Source: Candidatus Spechtbacterales bacterium (GTDB lineage: Bacteria > Patescibacteriota > Minisyncoccia > Spechtbacterales > 2-12-FULL-38-22). Taken from it: DNA of 64,000 nt. The first letter of the stretch is position 1. Each line of letters opens with the position of its first letter. The translations under genes were made by a program, and so were the position numbers. Below the pieces are notes generated by a model that saw only the letters and a list, made by a program, of their open reading frames with translations, searched no databases and was not told the origin of the DNA. Shown here one piece after another: positions 54,561-64,000 of the stretch. The DNA lies in assembly GCA_040879145.1 (NCBI GenBank), contig JBBDKX010000035.1, positions 1,122 through 65,121 of the forward strand, given 5' to 3'.

Positions 54561-54708
54561 GAGCGCCGGCGGAACCTGTAAGGATGTTAAACACCCCAAA
54601 CCTTAAGAACGAACTACATTATAGCATTTATGTATAAAAAAGTCAACACCCACGACACTATATAGAATGAATTCCTCATTAATTTTCAAATATGCTATAG
54701 TAGAACAT

Positions 54709-57699
54709 ATGAGTGATACAAAAAATACTAACTCTCTAACCAAAAAACAAAAGGAGGCGGTAGAGTCCAACTCGCCGGCAACAATAGTTATAGCCGGTCC
54801 GGGTACAGGAAAAACTCACATACTTGCCTCGCGCATAGAGTATTTAGTTGAAAAACAGAATATTTCTCCTGAAAATATTCTCGCGCTTACGTTTTCAAAA
54901 AGCGGCGCGTCTTCTATGAAAGAGCGGGTAGTTAAATTTCTGGGGGAAGAGGGTTACAAAATAACAATAAACACATTTCATGGTTTTGCATCTTCCCTGT
55001 TTGAAGAAGATCCCGAAGTATTTGAATTCGGACGAAACTTAAAAGAAGCAACAGATATAGACCGCGGAAAGATAATAGAAAATATAATTGACGAGCTTAC
55101 CGAAGAAAATAAATTAAAAGCCCTGCACTCCCCTTACGACAGATATTTTTACTTTAAAGATATTTCAAACGCGATAAAGCAAATAAAAAAAGAAGGCATC
55201 AGTGTTGAAGAATTTAAAAAATCAGTTGAGGACTGGCAAAACAGACTGGACACAATGCCCGACGAAGAAAAACTCTCAAGCCGTGGGCCAACAAAGGGAG
55301 AAGTTAAAAAAGTATTTAAAGACGAACAAAAGCAGATAGACAAAAACCGCGAGCTTGCACTTGTATATGAAAAATACGAAGAGGTATTAAAAAAAGACCA
55401 CAAGTTTGATTATGAAGATATGATAATACGCGCCATAAACGGCCTTGAGAAATCAGAAGATTTACGCCACGACCTTCAATCAAAATACAAAGCAATTTTA
55501 GTAGATGAATATCAGGACACCTCAGGGGGTCAAAACAAACTCTTCTTTCTGCTAATTTCCCAAGACCCTAACATATTTGTTGTCGGAGACGATGACCAGG
55601 CAATATATCGCTTTCAGGGAGCAACAATAGAGAACTTCCGCCAGCTTATACAAAAATTTCCGGATGCAAACATAATAAGTTTAGAAGATAACTTCCGCTC
55701 GCCACAACTTCTTTTAAACGCGGCGCTAAACATGGTGCAGGTAAACGAAAAACGTATTACCCCTGAAATGGGCCTACCTGATAAGAGTCTTTTAGCGCAT
55801 GGCGAATATAAAGATTCTCAGGATATATCTATAAGTGAATTTGAAAACGATATGGCGGAACACTCATTCCTTATAGAAAAGATACAGGAATTAAAAAAGG
55901 AAGGCGCGGAGTGGCACGACATTTCCGTTATTACCCGTACAAACAAAGAGCAGTCTGAAATATCCGAAATATTACGCCATCACGGCATGCCTGTATTTAT
56001 CTCAAGCGACAAAGACGCTCTCGATGAGCCCCGTGTCTCTTCTCTTTTTGCCATGGCGGCAGCGTGTATGAATCCGTTTGATAACGACAACCTGCTTGAA
56101 ATGCTTCTTCATCCCGCAACCCCTATGGTGCGTGAAGATGTATGGAAAATACTGGAAGCATATGACAAAAAAACAGATAAATCTCTCTATTCCGTGTTTG
56201 GGCGGCTGTTAGACGACAGTAAATTCTCCAATACCGATGCCGCGCAAAAAACTTACGACATTATCCACGAGCTTTCGGGTTCACACACAACAAAAAGCGG
56301 AGCGCACTGGTTTAAAGAGGTGTTGGATAAAACAGGTTTTCTTGAGTGGGTACTCACACAGGAAGAATATCCCTACATTCTTGCCAACATACGCGCGCTT
56401 ACAGACGAAGCAAAAAGAATACAGGCGGGAAACCCGGGCTTTAGAATGCGCGATATAATGGAGCATTTCCGCTCGCACCGAAGGCTGGGCATACCCCTCA
56501 AACCCACACTCGCGGATTTTGCGTTCAACAACGCGGTTCAGGTTATGACAGCGCATAAGGTAAAAGGGCTTGAGTACAAAAACGTATTTATAGTTCACGC
56601 TGTTGAGGCAAGTTGGTCAAAAAAACAAACGTCCAAAGGACTAAAGCTTCCTGAAGGTGTTCCAGTGCCCGAACAAGACGCCGAAGACGACAGAAGGCTT
56701 TTCTATGTTGCTTTAACCCGCGCCAAAAATAAAGTTTTTATAACCTACGCCAAAACATACACGCGCGGAATTGACGGCATGGCAGAAGACGCGCGCCAAA
56801 CCCAGCCATCTCTGTTTATAGAAGAACTAAAAAAACACATAAGTTACAAGGCAATAGAAAAAGAAGTAGAAGACTACCTTGTAAAAAGCCTGCGCGAACC
56901 TGGGAGCTTCGGCAATCTTGAACGCGAAATAGTAAAAAATATCGTAACTGCCCCCACCTACGCGCTAAACCCCACAAGCTTCAACTCATTCTTGCGATGC
57001 CCAAAAGGATTTTTATATGAAAAAATACTTCAGGTACCCACAGTTCAGAGTTTTTCTTTAACCTATGGAAATGCTGTGCACTGGGCGCTGCAACGACACT
57101 TTCAGACTCCTCAAAACAAAAGAAGCTTTGAAAATATACAAAAACTTATAAACCGGTACATAGACGAAAACTCCACATTAAGTGAGGCTGAAAATAAAAA
57201 AATGTCAGAACGAGCGAAAGAAAACCTTGCCGATTACTGGGAGTATAATTTAAAAAATGAAGCTCAGCCGGTTGCGGTTGAATACAGGTTCAGGCGCGGT
57301 TCTATGGCATGGGAAGACGTGCGAATTGCGGGCAACATAGATAAAGTATCCCTTATTACAGGGAATGATGTCCGGCTTGTGGATTATAAAACCTCTGAAA
57401 AACATAAAACCCAAAACGCGATACTCGGTAAAACACAGGACAAAAAAGCTCCCGATATGCACAGGCAGCTTATGTTTTATAAACTTCTCGCCGAAACAAG
57501 CGATATCTTCACTTACTCACCTAAAGAGTTCATGTTGGATTTTGTGGAACCTAACGTGCAGATAGTAGTGCCTGTAGAGCAAGACGCCTACCTGGAATTT
57601 AAAGAAACGCTCAAAAACGCATGGGGTTCAATACAGACACTTGAATTTCTGAATGAAGAGGGTTGTAACGAGTGCAAATATTGCAAGTTAGCTTCTTAG
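54709..57699 (+). CDS. UvrD/PcrA-type SF1 helicase fused to C-terminal PD-(D/E)XK (Cas4/RecB-like) nuclease with Cys cluster
   Basis: AGPGTGKT, DEYQDTS, VVGDDDQAIYRFQGA; C-term LVDYKTS and CNECKYCK; ORF track start 54667. Confidence 0.85.
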   Translation: MSDTKNTNSLTKKQKEAVESNSPATIVIAGPGTGKTHILASRIEYLVEKQNISPENILALTFSKSGASSMKERVVKFLGEEGYKITINTFHGFASSLFEEDPEVFEFGRNLKEATDIDRGKIIENIIDELTEENKLKALHSPYDRYFYFKDISNAIKQIKKEGISVEEFKKSVEDWQNRLDTMPDEEKLSSRGPTKGEVKKVFKDEQKQIDKNRELALVYEKYEEVLKKDHKFDYEDMIIRAINGLEKSEDLRHDLQSKYKAILVDEYQDTSGGQNKLFFLLISQDPNIFVVGDDDQAIYRFQGATIENFRQLIQKFPDANIISLEDNFRSPQLLLNAALNMVQVNEKRITPEMGLPDKSLLAHGEYKDSQDISISEFENDMAEHSFLIEKIQELKKEGAEWHDISVITRTNKEQSEISEILRHHGMPVFISSDKDALDEPRVSSLFAMAAACMNPFDNDNLLEMLLHPATPMVREDVWKILEAYDKKTDKSLYSVFGRLLDDSKFSNTDAAQKTYDIIHELSGSHTTKSGAHWFKEVLDKTGFLEWVLTQEEYPYILANIRALTDEAKRIQAGNPGFRMRDIMEHFRSHRRLGIPLKPTLADFAFNNAVQVMTAHKVKGLEYKNVFIVHAVEASWSKKQTSKGLKLPEGVPVPEQDAEDDRRLFYVALTRAKNKVFITYAKTYTRGIDGMAEDARQTQPSLFIEELKKHISYKAIEKEVEDYLVKSLREPGSFGNLEREIVKNIVTAPTYALNPTSFNSFLRCPKGFLYEKILQVPTVQSFSLTYGNAVHWALQRHFQTPQNKRSFENIQKLINRYIDENSTLSEAENKKMSERAKENLADYWEYNLKNEAQPVAVEYRFRRGSMAWEDVRIAGNIDKVSLITGNDVRLVDYKTSEKHKTQNAILGKTQDKKAPDMHRQLMFYKLLAETSDIFTYSPKEFMLDFVEPNVQIVVPVEQDAYLEFKETLKNAWGSIQTLEFLNEEGCNECKYCKLAS

Positions 57700-57733
57700 G
57701 AATTAGGCTTTAGCTTTTTAGGCAAAAATAAAA

Positions 57734-57795
57734 ACGGGTCACTGCACCTGCCTGCGCCGAGTGAAGCGCGGCAGGCAGGGTGACCCGCTTTTTTA
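57734..57795 (+). terminator. rho-independent terminator
   Basis: cgggtcactgcacctgcctgcgccgagtgaagcgcggcaggcagggtgacccg + T7. Confidence 0.8.
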
Positions 57796-57805
57796 TGTAC
57801 TAAAA

Positions 57806-57846
57806 CCAATAAGTCCTATAAGTCCTATTGGTCCTATTGGTCCTCT
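57806..57846. repeat. ATAGGAC-type 9-bp tandem repeats (x4) overlapping the M50 protease stop
   Basis: ccaataagtcctataagtcctattggtcctattggtcctc. Confidence 0.6.
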
Positions 57847-58499
57847 TTGTGTGAATTTATCAGCTCAGCAGTACCTGCCTGCCAAAGAAAAAAAGCTATA
57901 ATAGAAAACCAGATAAGGCTAAACATATTTACTCCGGCAAAAACCAGATAACCCAATCCAAACACAATAAACGCGTGGCTTACAGACACCGCGGCAACAA
58001 GCCCCTTGTGCCTATCTTTTGTAACCGCCCAGGCTATAGAATGAAACACTCTTCCTCCGTCCAAAGGAAACAAAGGTAAGATGTTAAATACTCCTACAAT
58101 AAAGTTAAAATAAAGAAGGAGTTGTAAAACAGGGATTGCAATCCCGGGAATATCAAAAAAATGGTCTGAAAGCAAAATAAGTCCGACCAAAGCAAAACTT
58201 GCAAGCGGGCCGGAAAATCCGATTAAAAATGCCTGAAAAGGCTTTTTACCCATGTGTTCAAGGTGTGCCCCCATGCCAAGAAACATAACGCGTATCTGCC
58301 TGCATGGAATTTTAAACATCCTACCTGTAAATACGTGCATAAACTCATGCGTCAAAAGGCTCAAAAAAGCAAGGAGGGCGAAAACACCGACACCTACCAT
58401 GCTTGTAATTACACCCATCCCCCACCAAGCGAAAATACCCATAAGAAACAACGCGTCAAATCCGGCAACTATATCAGTGCCAAAAAGTCTAAAGCGCAT
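57834..58499 (-). CDS. M50-family intramembrane metalloprotease (SpoIVFB-like, no PDZ)
   Basis: HEFMHVF HExxH in TM, LDGG motif, multiple TM. Confidence 0.8.
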   Translation of the reverse strand: MRFRLFGTDIVAGFDALFLMGIFAWWGMGVITSMVGVGVFALLAFLSLLTHEFMHVFTGRMFKIPCRQIRVMFLGMGAHLEHMGKKPFQAFLIGFSGPLASFALVGLILLSDHFFDIPGIAIPVLQLLLYFNFIVGVFNILPLFPLDGGRVFHSIAWAVTKDRHKGLVAAVSVSHAFIVFGLGYLVFAGVNMFSLIWFSIIAFFLWQAGTAELINSHKEDQ

Positions 58500-58596
58500 T
58501 TAGTACCTGCCTTTCTGTTTTTAAAAATCTACTGCATAGCGTACCACAAAAAAATTGCAATTCAAACTAAAAATACTCTGCCATGGCAGAGTATTT

Positions 58597-59232
58597 TTAG
58601 TAAAGTCCTTCCAGTGGGTCATTATCCTTTGGCTTTCCGCGGGCAGGAGAGGCATTTCTGCCGTATTCCTGAAAATAGTAGGCAATCATCCCCCAGTTAA
58701 GTTGGTGGTAAAGCTTCATTAAATCCTGCTCTATTTTGTTGGGCGCTATATGGTTTGTAAGTTTGAGTTTTCTGGCTACGCGCTTAACATGCGTATCTAC
58801 AGGTATTCCCTCCGCTTTGCCATATAATCGGTACTGTACGATATTTCCTGTTTTGCGCGCGACACCCGGCAATTTTACCAGTTCATTTATATCATTGGGT
58901 ATCCTGCCCTTGTAATCATCGCGTATAATTCTCGCGGAATTAACCACATTCTTGCCTTTTGTTTTATAAAAATTAATTGATTTTATCTCACTCTGAAAAG
59001 TTCTTATATTGGCATCAGCAAAATCATCTACATCCTTATATTTTTTAAACAATTTATCAGTTACGTTGTTTACATGATTATCCGTTGCTTGCGCGGACAT
59101 AATAACAGCGGCTAAAAGCTGCATGGGTGTTGCAAAGTTCAACTGAATACCGGCATTTGGATATGCTTTCATAAGATGCTTTAGAATTCTCAAAGCGCGT
59201 TTTTGTTTTTCTTGAAAAATTTCTTTAGGCAT
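58597..59232 (-). CDS. nth: endonuclease III-family HhH-GPD DNA glycosylase (no C-terminal FeS loop)
   Basis: HhH motif LVKLPGVARKTGNIV; 211 aa. Confidence 0.8.
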   Translation of the reverse strand: MPKEIFQEKQKRALRILKHLMKAYPNAGIQLNFATPMQLLAAVIMSAQATDNHVNNVTDKLFKKYKDVDDFADANIRTFQSEIKSINFYKTKGKNVVNSARIIRDDYKGRIPNDINELVKLPGVARKTGNIVQYRLYGKAEGIPVDTHVKRVARKLKLTNHIAPNKIEQDLMKLYHQLNWGMIAYYFQEYGRNASPARGKPKDNDPLEGLY

Positions 59233-59252
59233 AGATTTTGTTCGCTAACGCT

Positions 59253-59385
59253 CACGAAAAGTATAAAGTATTCAGTATACAGGGGGTGCTTTGTAATTAG
59301 ATTTGCTGAATACTCTATACTATATACTGCATACTTGAACGAGCGTGAAACATAAGTTCTAAGCTTGCATGGCGAAGCGTCCGCT
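59253..59385. repeat. family A palindromic intergenic repeat copy 4
   Basis: cacgaaaagtataaagtattcagtatacagggggtgctttgtaattagatttgctgaatactctatactatatactgcatacttgaacgagcgtgaaac. Confidence 0.8.
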
Positions 59386-59402
59386 AATTTAACAAAATAA
59401 AA

Positions 59403-60110
59403 CTACATGTTAAGATATTCATCCCACTTGCGATAAAGCTCGCGAGTAGCTATTACATCGTAATAATTATATTGCGCAATCTCCTTGTATCTTTTATCAT
59501 GAAAGGCTTTAGGAACATCCTTTCCCTCTATTTCGCCTTCCCTTTTTGGGCTTTCAATCCCGAACGCCTGTGCGGCAAAATGGAGCTTAGGTTTTCTGAA
59601 CATAGCGCCATAAAAAGTAAGCTGGTCCTGTAAATCTATATGTTTCGCTCCCCTCTGGAGTGGCAAATACCTGTTGCTCAGTAAATTTTGCGTGGGCTTA
59701 ATACCGTGCACAGCAGAGCGTATCATAAGATAAGGAATATCAAATCCCCTGCCGTTAAAAGTAATAAAGCAATCATAATGACTGGCAACATCCCAAAAGC
59801 GTTCTAAAATCTCCGCCTCCGTCCCCACGCGGTATTTTACGCCCTCGTCCTCCCAGTCCTCCATGTCCTCATCCGGTGCCTGAAAATAAACCGCGCCGTT
59901 ATCATCTCCGTCTAAAATAGCAACAGATACTATCTCGCCCAAAAAAGGAGAAAATGGAAAGCCCTCTTTTACACTCTCAAGAGATTTTTCAAGATCCTCC
60001 TCTGTACGCGATTCCCTCTCAGCCCACTCATTAAAAATTTCCTTTGATTTTTCATCAAATTCATCATAGGGTTTACCCACTGTTTCTATATCAAGCACTA
60101 AGTAGTTCAT
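59403..60110 (-). CDS. RNase H-like 3'-5' exonuclease (DEDD/PolB-exo-like)
   Basis: YLVLDIETVG exo I motif, FNGRGFDIPYL exo II, YYDV exo III. Confidence 0.65.
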   Translation of the reverse strand: MNYLVLDIETVGKPYDEFDEKSKEIFNEWAERESRTEEDLEKSLESVKEGFPFSPFLGEIVSVAILDGDDNGAVYFQAPDEDMEDWEDEGVKYRVGTEAEILERFWDVASHYDCFITFNGRGFDIPYLMIRSAVHGIKPTQNLLSNRYLPLQRGAKHIDLQDQLTFYGAMFRKPKLHFAAQAFGIESPKREGEIEGKDVPKAFHDKRYKEIAQYNYYDVIATRELYRKWDEYLNM

Positions 60111-60114
60111 GGTT

Positions 60115-60195
60115 TTATTCGGTTTCGCCTCCTAAAACAGGTTTTAGGTATCAGCTATTAGGTACTGCACCAGTGTAATACCTATTACCTGCGAT
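60115..60195. repeat. aggttttag/taggtatcag/taatacctattacct leader repeat
   Basis: cf. 22730..22800 and 49141..49240. Confidence 0.5.
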
Positions 60196-60353
60196 GCTAT
60201 GCAAGCCTATTTATATGTTATCACTAAAACAGGTACATTCCAAATCAATTGCCGGTACTAACCCAAAAAAGGCTCAAATGAGCCTTTTTAAATGTTTCAA
60301 CCTACCTACGCCAATGCTTCGGCAGGCAGGCGCCGTGCCTCATGTTGAAACGT

Positions 60354-60815
60354 TTATTTTTCTTCTTTACCCTTTCTTTTGTGGAAAAAGTCTTCCAACA
60401 ACCACGAACTTGACTGCACTTTATCGCCAAGATTGTATACCATTTTACATCCTATCTCTTCACACACGTCGGATTCAGGAGTGTTGTGCTCTTTGCGGTC
60501 TCCGCCATTTCCAAAAATAGCCGGCTTCACTTTGCGCAAAGCGTCGGCAACACTCATATCTTTCGGGTTTTTAGGATGCTCTGTAATAAAAACCCTGTCT
60601 ACCACCTCAAGGGCTTCTATTATATAGGCACGCTCCTCTTCAGGCATAAAGCCATATCCCTTTTTTTCTTCAAGCCAATTATCATTATTCAATATTACAA
60701 CAAGCTCATCTCCAAGCTTTTTTGCCTCCTTAAACAGCTGAACATGTCCCTTGTGTAGCGGGTCAAACCCCCCACTTACGGCAACTATGGTCTTTTTATC
60801 TTTTTTATTCACCAT
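60354..60815 (-). CDS. cytidylyl/adenylyltransferase-family nucleotidyltransferase (HIGH-type; RfaE domain II/TagD-like)
   Basis: VSGGFDPLHKGH (HxGH), ILNNDNWL; ORF track start 60839. Confidence 0.7.
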   Translation of the reverse strand: MVNKKDKKTIVAVSGGFDPLHKGHVQLFKEAKKLGDELVVILNNDNWLEEKKGYGFMPEEERAYIIEALEVVDRVFITEHPKNPKDMSVADALRKVKPAIFGNGGDRKEHNTPESDVCEEIGCKMVYNLGDKVQSSSWLLEDFFHKRKGKEEK

Positions 60816-61455
60816 CTTTATGTGTATATAACTTATCAACTTGCGCGAGAAGTTCTTCCCGTTCCTCTTCTGTTAAATTCATCTTTTCAATATATTCTTT
60901 ACCACCCTCTTTATAATTCAGTAAAAACTCGTGCACATATTCCCTTATATCGCCCTGCCCGCCAAATGCTTCTTCTATATCAATATTTAGCTCTTCTGTT
61001 ACTTTTCTAATTTGTTTCAACGCGTAAGCCCAGGCATCACGCTCGTCTTTGCTTTGAAGTTTTTCAAACAACTCCGCATCAGATGTGTCTCTCGAAAGTA
61101 ACAAACGCTCTTTTCCTACTATATGCGCTAAGTGTTCTTTTTGAGTATTAAACGCCAGAACGTGTCCTATTTCATGCAAAACACTCAGTGCGTATTTCCA
61201 ACCCTCGCTTCTTGCCTCTTCCGTATCTATCCACACCTCCTTTCCGGAAGCCCATGCAAATGTTCCGAAATCATTGTTTTCAACAATCTTCCAACCTTCA
61301 GGTAAAAGTTCGTTTAAAACAAATTTTTTACCCTCCGCATTTTCCAGTTCAACAATAACTTCGCCTTCTTCATTTTCTTTCATTCTAAAAACACCGGCTT
61401 CGTTTTTAAGCTCTATATCTTTTAACTTTTCGGATGGAGATTCAAAAGTTTTCAT
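60805..61455 (-). CDS. hypothetical protein with HExxH motif (VLHEIGHVLAF), putative metallopeptidase-like
   Basis: 216-aa ORF; acidic; overlaps next gene start. Confidence 0.5.
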   Translation of the reverse strand: MKTFESPSEKLKDIELKNEAGVFRMKENEEGEVIVELENAEGKKFVLNELLPEGWKIVENNDFGTFAWASGKEVWIDTEEARSEGWKYALSVLHEIGHVLAFNTQKEHLAHIVGKERLLLSRDTSDAELFEKLQSKDERDAWAYALKQIRKVTEELNIDIEEAFGGQGDIREYVHEFLLNYKEGGKEYIEKMNLTEEEREELLAQVDKLYTHKDGE

Positions 61456-61497
61456 AGAAATATACAGATATATATAAAGAGGGGGTTCCGATCTGTT

Positions 61498-62037
61498 TTA
61501 TTTAGTTTGCAAAAATTCTTTTAACTTCGTTAGCGCCAAATACCTGTGGCTCATTTTATTTTTTTCCTCATACGGCATCTCGGCATATGTTTTATTATAA
61601 CCTTTTGGCTGAAAAATAGGATCCCACCCAAACCTTTCTCCTGCGGGTTTTACAATGTTGCCCTCTACGTCTCCTTCAAAAAAATGGATATTATCTTCGC
61701 CGTTCGCGTATCCTACTATCAATTTAGCTGTCGCTTTTGTGTTATCCAGTTTATTTACAAAGTCATATATACCCTCAGCACCCAGAGACTGTAAAAACCA
61801 TTTTATAAAAGGTCCGGGAAGCTCCCCTCCCAAAGCGTCAAACACCAAGGACACATCATCCACTATAAATTCCCCTTCGTGGTGGCGCATTGCCTCGTTA
61901 AGTTTTGCCTTTATAACATTGTGCGCGTCTATGTCCTGAAGTTCTGGCAGGTCTATATCCAGCTGTTGCATATCAACGTCCAAAATCGCCTTCGCCTCTT
62001 CAAACTTATTCTTATTGCTTGTTATAAAATAAAGCAT
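61498..62037 (-). CDS. rdgB: non-canonical purine NTP pyrophosphatase (Ham1/RdgB)
   Basis: MLYFITSNKNKFEEAK, FGWDPIF motifs. Confidence 0.9.
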   Translation of the reverse strand: MLYFITSNKNKFEEAKAILDVDMQQLDIDLPELQDIDAHNVIKAKLNEAMRHHEGEFIVDDVSLVFDALGGELPGPFIKWFLQSLGAEGIYDFVNKLDNTKATAKLIVGYANGEDNIHFFEGDVEGNIVKPAGERFGWDPIFQPKGYNKTYAEMPYEEKNKMSHRYLALTKLKEFLQTK

Positions 62038-62127
62038 AGTTTTATTTACACAACATTATATCAAACTTTAATACAGAGTTTATTTTATATTTCTTATTTT
62101 AACCCTTTATAAAATGATTTTCACTCA

Positions 62128-62156
62128 TTGACATATTTTACTTTCGATTATATAAT
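62128..62156 (+). promoter_or_regulatory. consensus sigma70 promoter TTGACA-N17-TATAAT
   Basis: ttgacatattttactttcgattatataat; SD aaggag follows. Confidence 0.65.
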
Positions 62157-62193
62157 AATACTACCTATCGTTCTTTAGACAAGGAGTGTCATA

Positions 62194-62580
62194 ATGTCCA
62201 CATTCGGAACATGCGCGCTATGCAAAAAAGGTGGCAAGGGAGGAGTCTTAACAAGTGGCGATATCTACAATGATGGAAGTCATGTGGGTATCTCCCCTCC
62301 TCCACTTGCATTTTATTGCTCAGATTGTACAAAAAAGCATCCCGAAAAAATCCCTAATTTTGAGGATGAGATAGACCGGGCTTTTGCTAAAAAGGGTCTG
62401 TGCGGTTTCCTTGAGGCCTATGTGGGTCACTGCAGAAATAGTAAACCATGTGACCTGCACAACGAACAAAAATGCTGGAAATGCAGCAAACCCGCAACGC
62501 GCAATTGCACCAGCAGCGCATTGAGCTTTGTGTGTGGAACACCTGAATGCGCGGAACACTCACACTCAGAAACACATTAA
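62194..62580 (+). CDS. Cys-rich hypothetical protein (128 aa, ~16 Cys in CxxC/CxC pairs)
   Basis: CALC, CSDC, CWKC, CGTPEC; strong promoter and SD; terminator follows. Confidence 0.55.
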   Translation: MSTFGTCALCKKGGKGGVLTSGDIYNDGSHVGISPPPLAFYCSDCTKKHPEKIPNFEDEIDRAFAKKGLCGFLEAYVGHCRNSKPCDLHNEQKCWKCSKPATRNCTSSALSFVCGTPECAEHSHSETH

Positions 62581-62620
62581 TGTGCACCTGTTTTTACCAA
62601 AAATAACAAATTGTACCTCA

Positions 62621-62650
62621 AAAACCACGGGTTTAGCCTGTGGTTTTTTA
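62621..62650. terminator. terminator hairpin
   Basis: aaaaaccacgggtttagcctgtggtttttt. Confidence 0.7.
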
Positions 62651-62656
62651 ATTATT

Positions 62657-62875
62657 TCAATCTATAAATTCAAACCTTTTTATTTTTTTGCCATCCAGCT
62701 CAACCTCTTCTGTAAACATTTCAAGCGGGCGCGCCCACAAACCGCCCTCGTCATAAAGCGCGCGGTAAACCACTAATTCCTCAAGCGTCTCAGAATGCCG
62801 CGCTGTGCCAACAACTTCGTACTCCCCGCCTTTGTAATGCCTGTATTTTCCTAATTTTATTTTTTCCATAAACAC
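62657..62875 (-). CDS. DUF1653-family small protein
   Basis: YRHYKGGEY...YRALYDEGGLWARP signature. Confidence 0.7.
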   Translation of the reverse strand: MFMEKIKLGKYRHYKGGEYEVVGTARHSETLEELVVYRALYDEGGLWARPLEMFTEEVELDGKKIKRFEFID

Positions 62876-64000
62876 TATCCGCCTATGCGAGCACTTCCCC
62901 CCGCACTACCCTCATGCTTGTTATGTTCAGGCGCGTCAATAAGCCCGCACTTTTTATATTTGAGTCCGCTACCACAAGGACAGGGGTCATTACGCCCAAT
63001 GTTTTCAGCATTTTTAGGTTTTGAGCCTTCTGACGATTGCTTACTGTTATCTGTTGTCTGTTTATTAGAAACTATATTCTGTGCCACCCTTTGTGCTGTA
63101 TGGTCGTGACTATGGTCGTGTTGAATATTTATTTTAAATAAAGAGGTAACTATCTGTGTTCCTATAGATTCCAGTAAAGTGTGGTACAGGTTTATCCCTT
63201 CGTTTTTATATTCAACAAGAGGGTCGCGCTGCGCGTATGCGCGAAGCCGCACATCCTGCCGCATATAATTCATAGCATCCAAATGGTCCATCCAAAGCAC
63301 ATCTATACTGCGTAAAACAAGCCATTTTTCCGCTCTGCGCATAGTTTCAGCGCCAACCTGCTCTTCCCGCGCGCGCATGGCGTTTGATATCGCGCCACGC
63401 ACAAATTCCTCTACTTTTGCGCGCGCTTCTGCCGGGTTTTTAACAGAATCGGCTACTTCTGTAAGTTTTTTGGCAAGGTCGCCTTCCACAGGTAAAATGC
63501 CTTCAATGTCCGCGGAGATTTCTTTTATGTTCCACTGCTCTTTATACTCGGCTCCGATATGATAATCAAACATCCGCTTCAAATGGTCTTCAATATATCC
63601 CTCAACCACTTTTTTTGTCTCATCTCCTTCTGCCGCCAAAACCTGATCACGTTTTTTATATATAGTTTCTCGGTGCTTGTTTAAAACCTCGTCATAATCA
63701 AGCAGTCGTTTTCTTGTATCAAAGTTCATACCCTCTATCTTTCCCTGCGCGCTCTCTATCGCGTTTGAAACTATCTTATTTTCTATCGGCTGGTCTTCAG
63801 GTACCTGAAAACGTTCCATTATATTTTGTATCCTGTCTCCTCCAAAGACACGCATAAGTTCGTCTTCCAAAGAAAGGTAAAACTGCGAAGAACCCGGGTC
63901 TCCCTGACGCCCCGCCCTTCCCCTTAACTGGTCATCTATCCTGCGTGCTTCGTGGCGCTCAGTTCCCAAAACATGCAAGCCACCCGCATCTTTAACGCGG
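62875..64000 (-). CDS. secA: preprotein translocase ATPase SecA, C-terminal part (gene continues beyond window)
   Basis: C-terminal zinc finger CPCGSGLKYKKCG; helical wing/scaffold region; open to window edge. Confidence 0.9.
   Translation of the reverse strand, partial: RVKDAGGLHVLGTERHEARRIDDQLRGRAGRQGDPGSSQFYLSLEDELMRVFGGDRIQNIMERFQVPEDQPIENKIVSNAIESAQGKIEGMNFDTRKRLLDYDEVLNKHRETIYKKRDQVLAAEGDETKKVVEGYIEDHLKRMFDYHIGAEYKEQWNIKEISADIEGILPVEGDLAKKLTEVADSVKNPAEARAKVEEFVRGAISNAMRAREEQVGAETMRRAEKWLVLRSIDVLWMDHLDAMNYMRQDVRLRAYAQRDPLVEYKNEGINLYHTLLESIGTQIVTSLFKINIQHDHSHDHTAQRVAQNIVSNKQTTDNSKQSSEGSKPKNAENIGRNDPCPCGSGLKYKKCGLIDAPEHNKHEGSAGGSARIGG

Overview
This 64-kb window carries mostly single-copy housekeeping genes, largely on the minus strand. 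Among them: rarA, a DEAD-box helicase, typA, dnaX, an M16 peptidase, purA, lysS, greA, a PBP2 transpeptidase, two mreB paralogs, proS, rseP, frr, holB, a GT4 glycosyltransferase, murA, ribosomal genes rpsI, rplM, rplQ, rpoA, rpsD, rpsK, rpsM, rpmJ and infA, alaS, mnmA, secDF, ssrA (tmRNA), a UvrD-type helicase fused to a Cas4/RecB-type nuclease, an M50 protease, nth, rdgB, and the 3' part of secA. A six-gene tRNA array sits at 8.6-9.8 kb (Gln-CUG, Leu-UAA, Val-UAC, Arg-UCU, Lys-UUU, Ile-UAU). Several features suggest a reduced Patescibacteria/CPR-like genome (inference): a truncated AlaS, RpoA without its C-terminal domain, ribosomal proteins with Lys/Ala/Thr-rich tails, and sparse Shine-Dalgarno use. 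The window is unusually dense in intergenic repeats: at least eight families of palindromic or direct repeats, which split even the conserved rpsM-rpsK-rpsD-rpoA operon into separately flanked genes. Other notable items: an AT-rich islet (5.5-8.4 kb) with a LigT-like pseudogene, a CYTH protein and an HExxH protein next to a tRNA-Gln 3'-end duplication. Apparent frameshifts in rpmJ and a PspC-domain gene. A duplicated dnaX start flanking a structured element. A GC-rich structured segment with a 100-aa ORF upstream of ssrA. A VirD4/HerA-like ATPase with a membrane partner. Several small membrane or Cys-rich ORFs.
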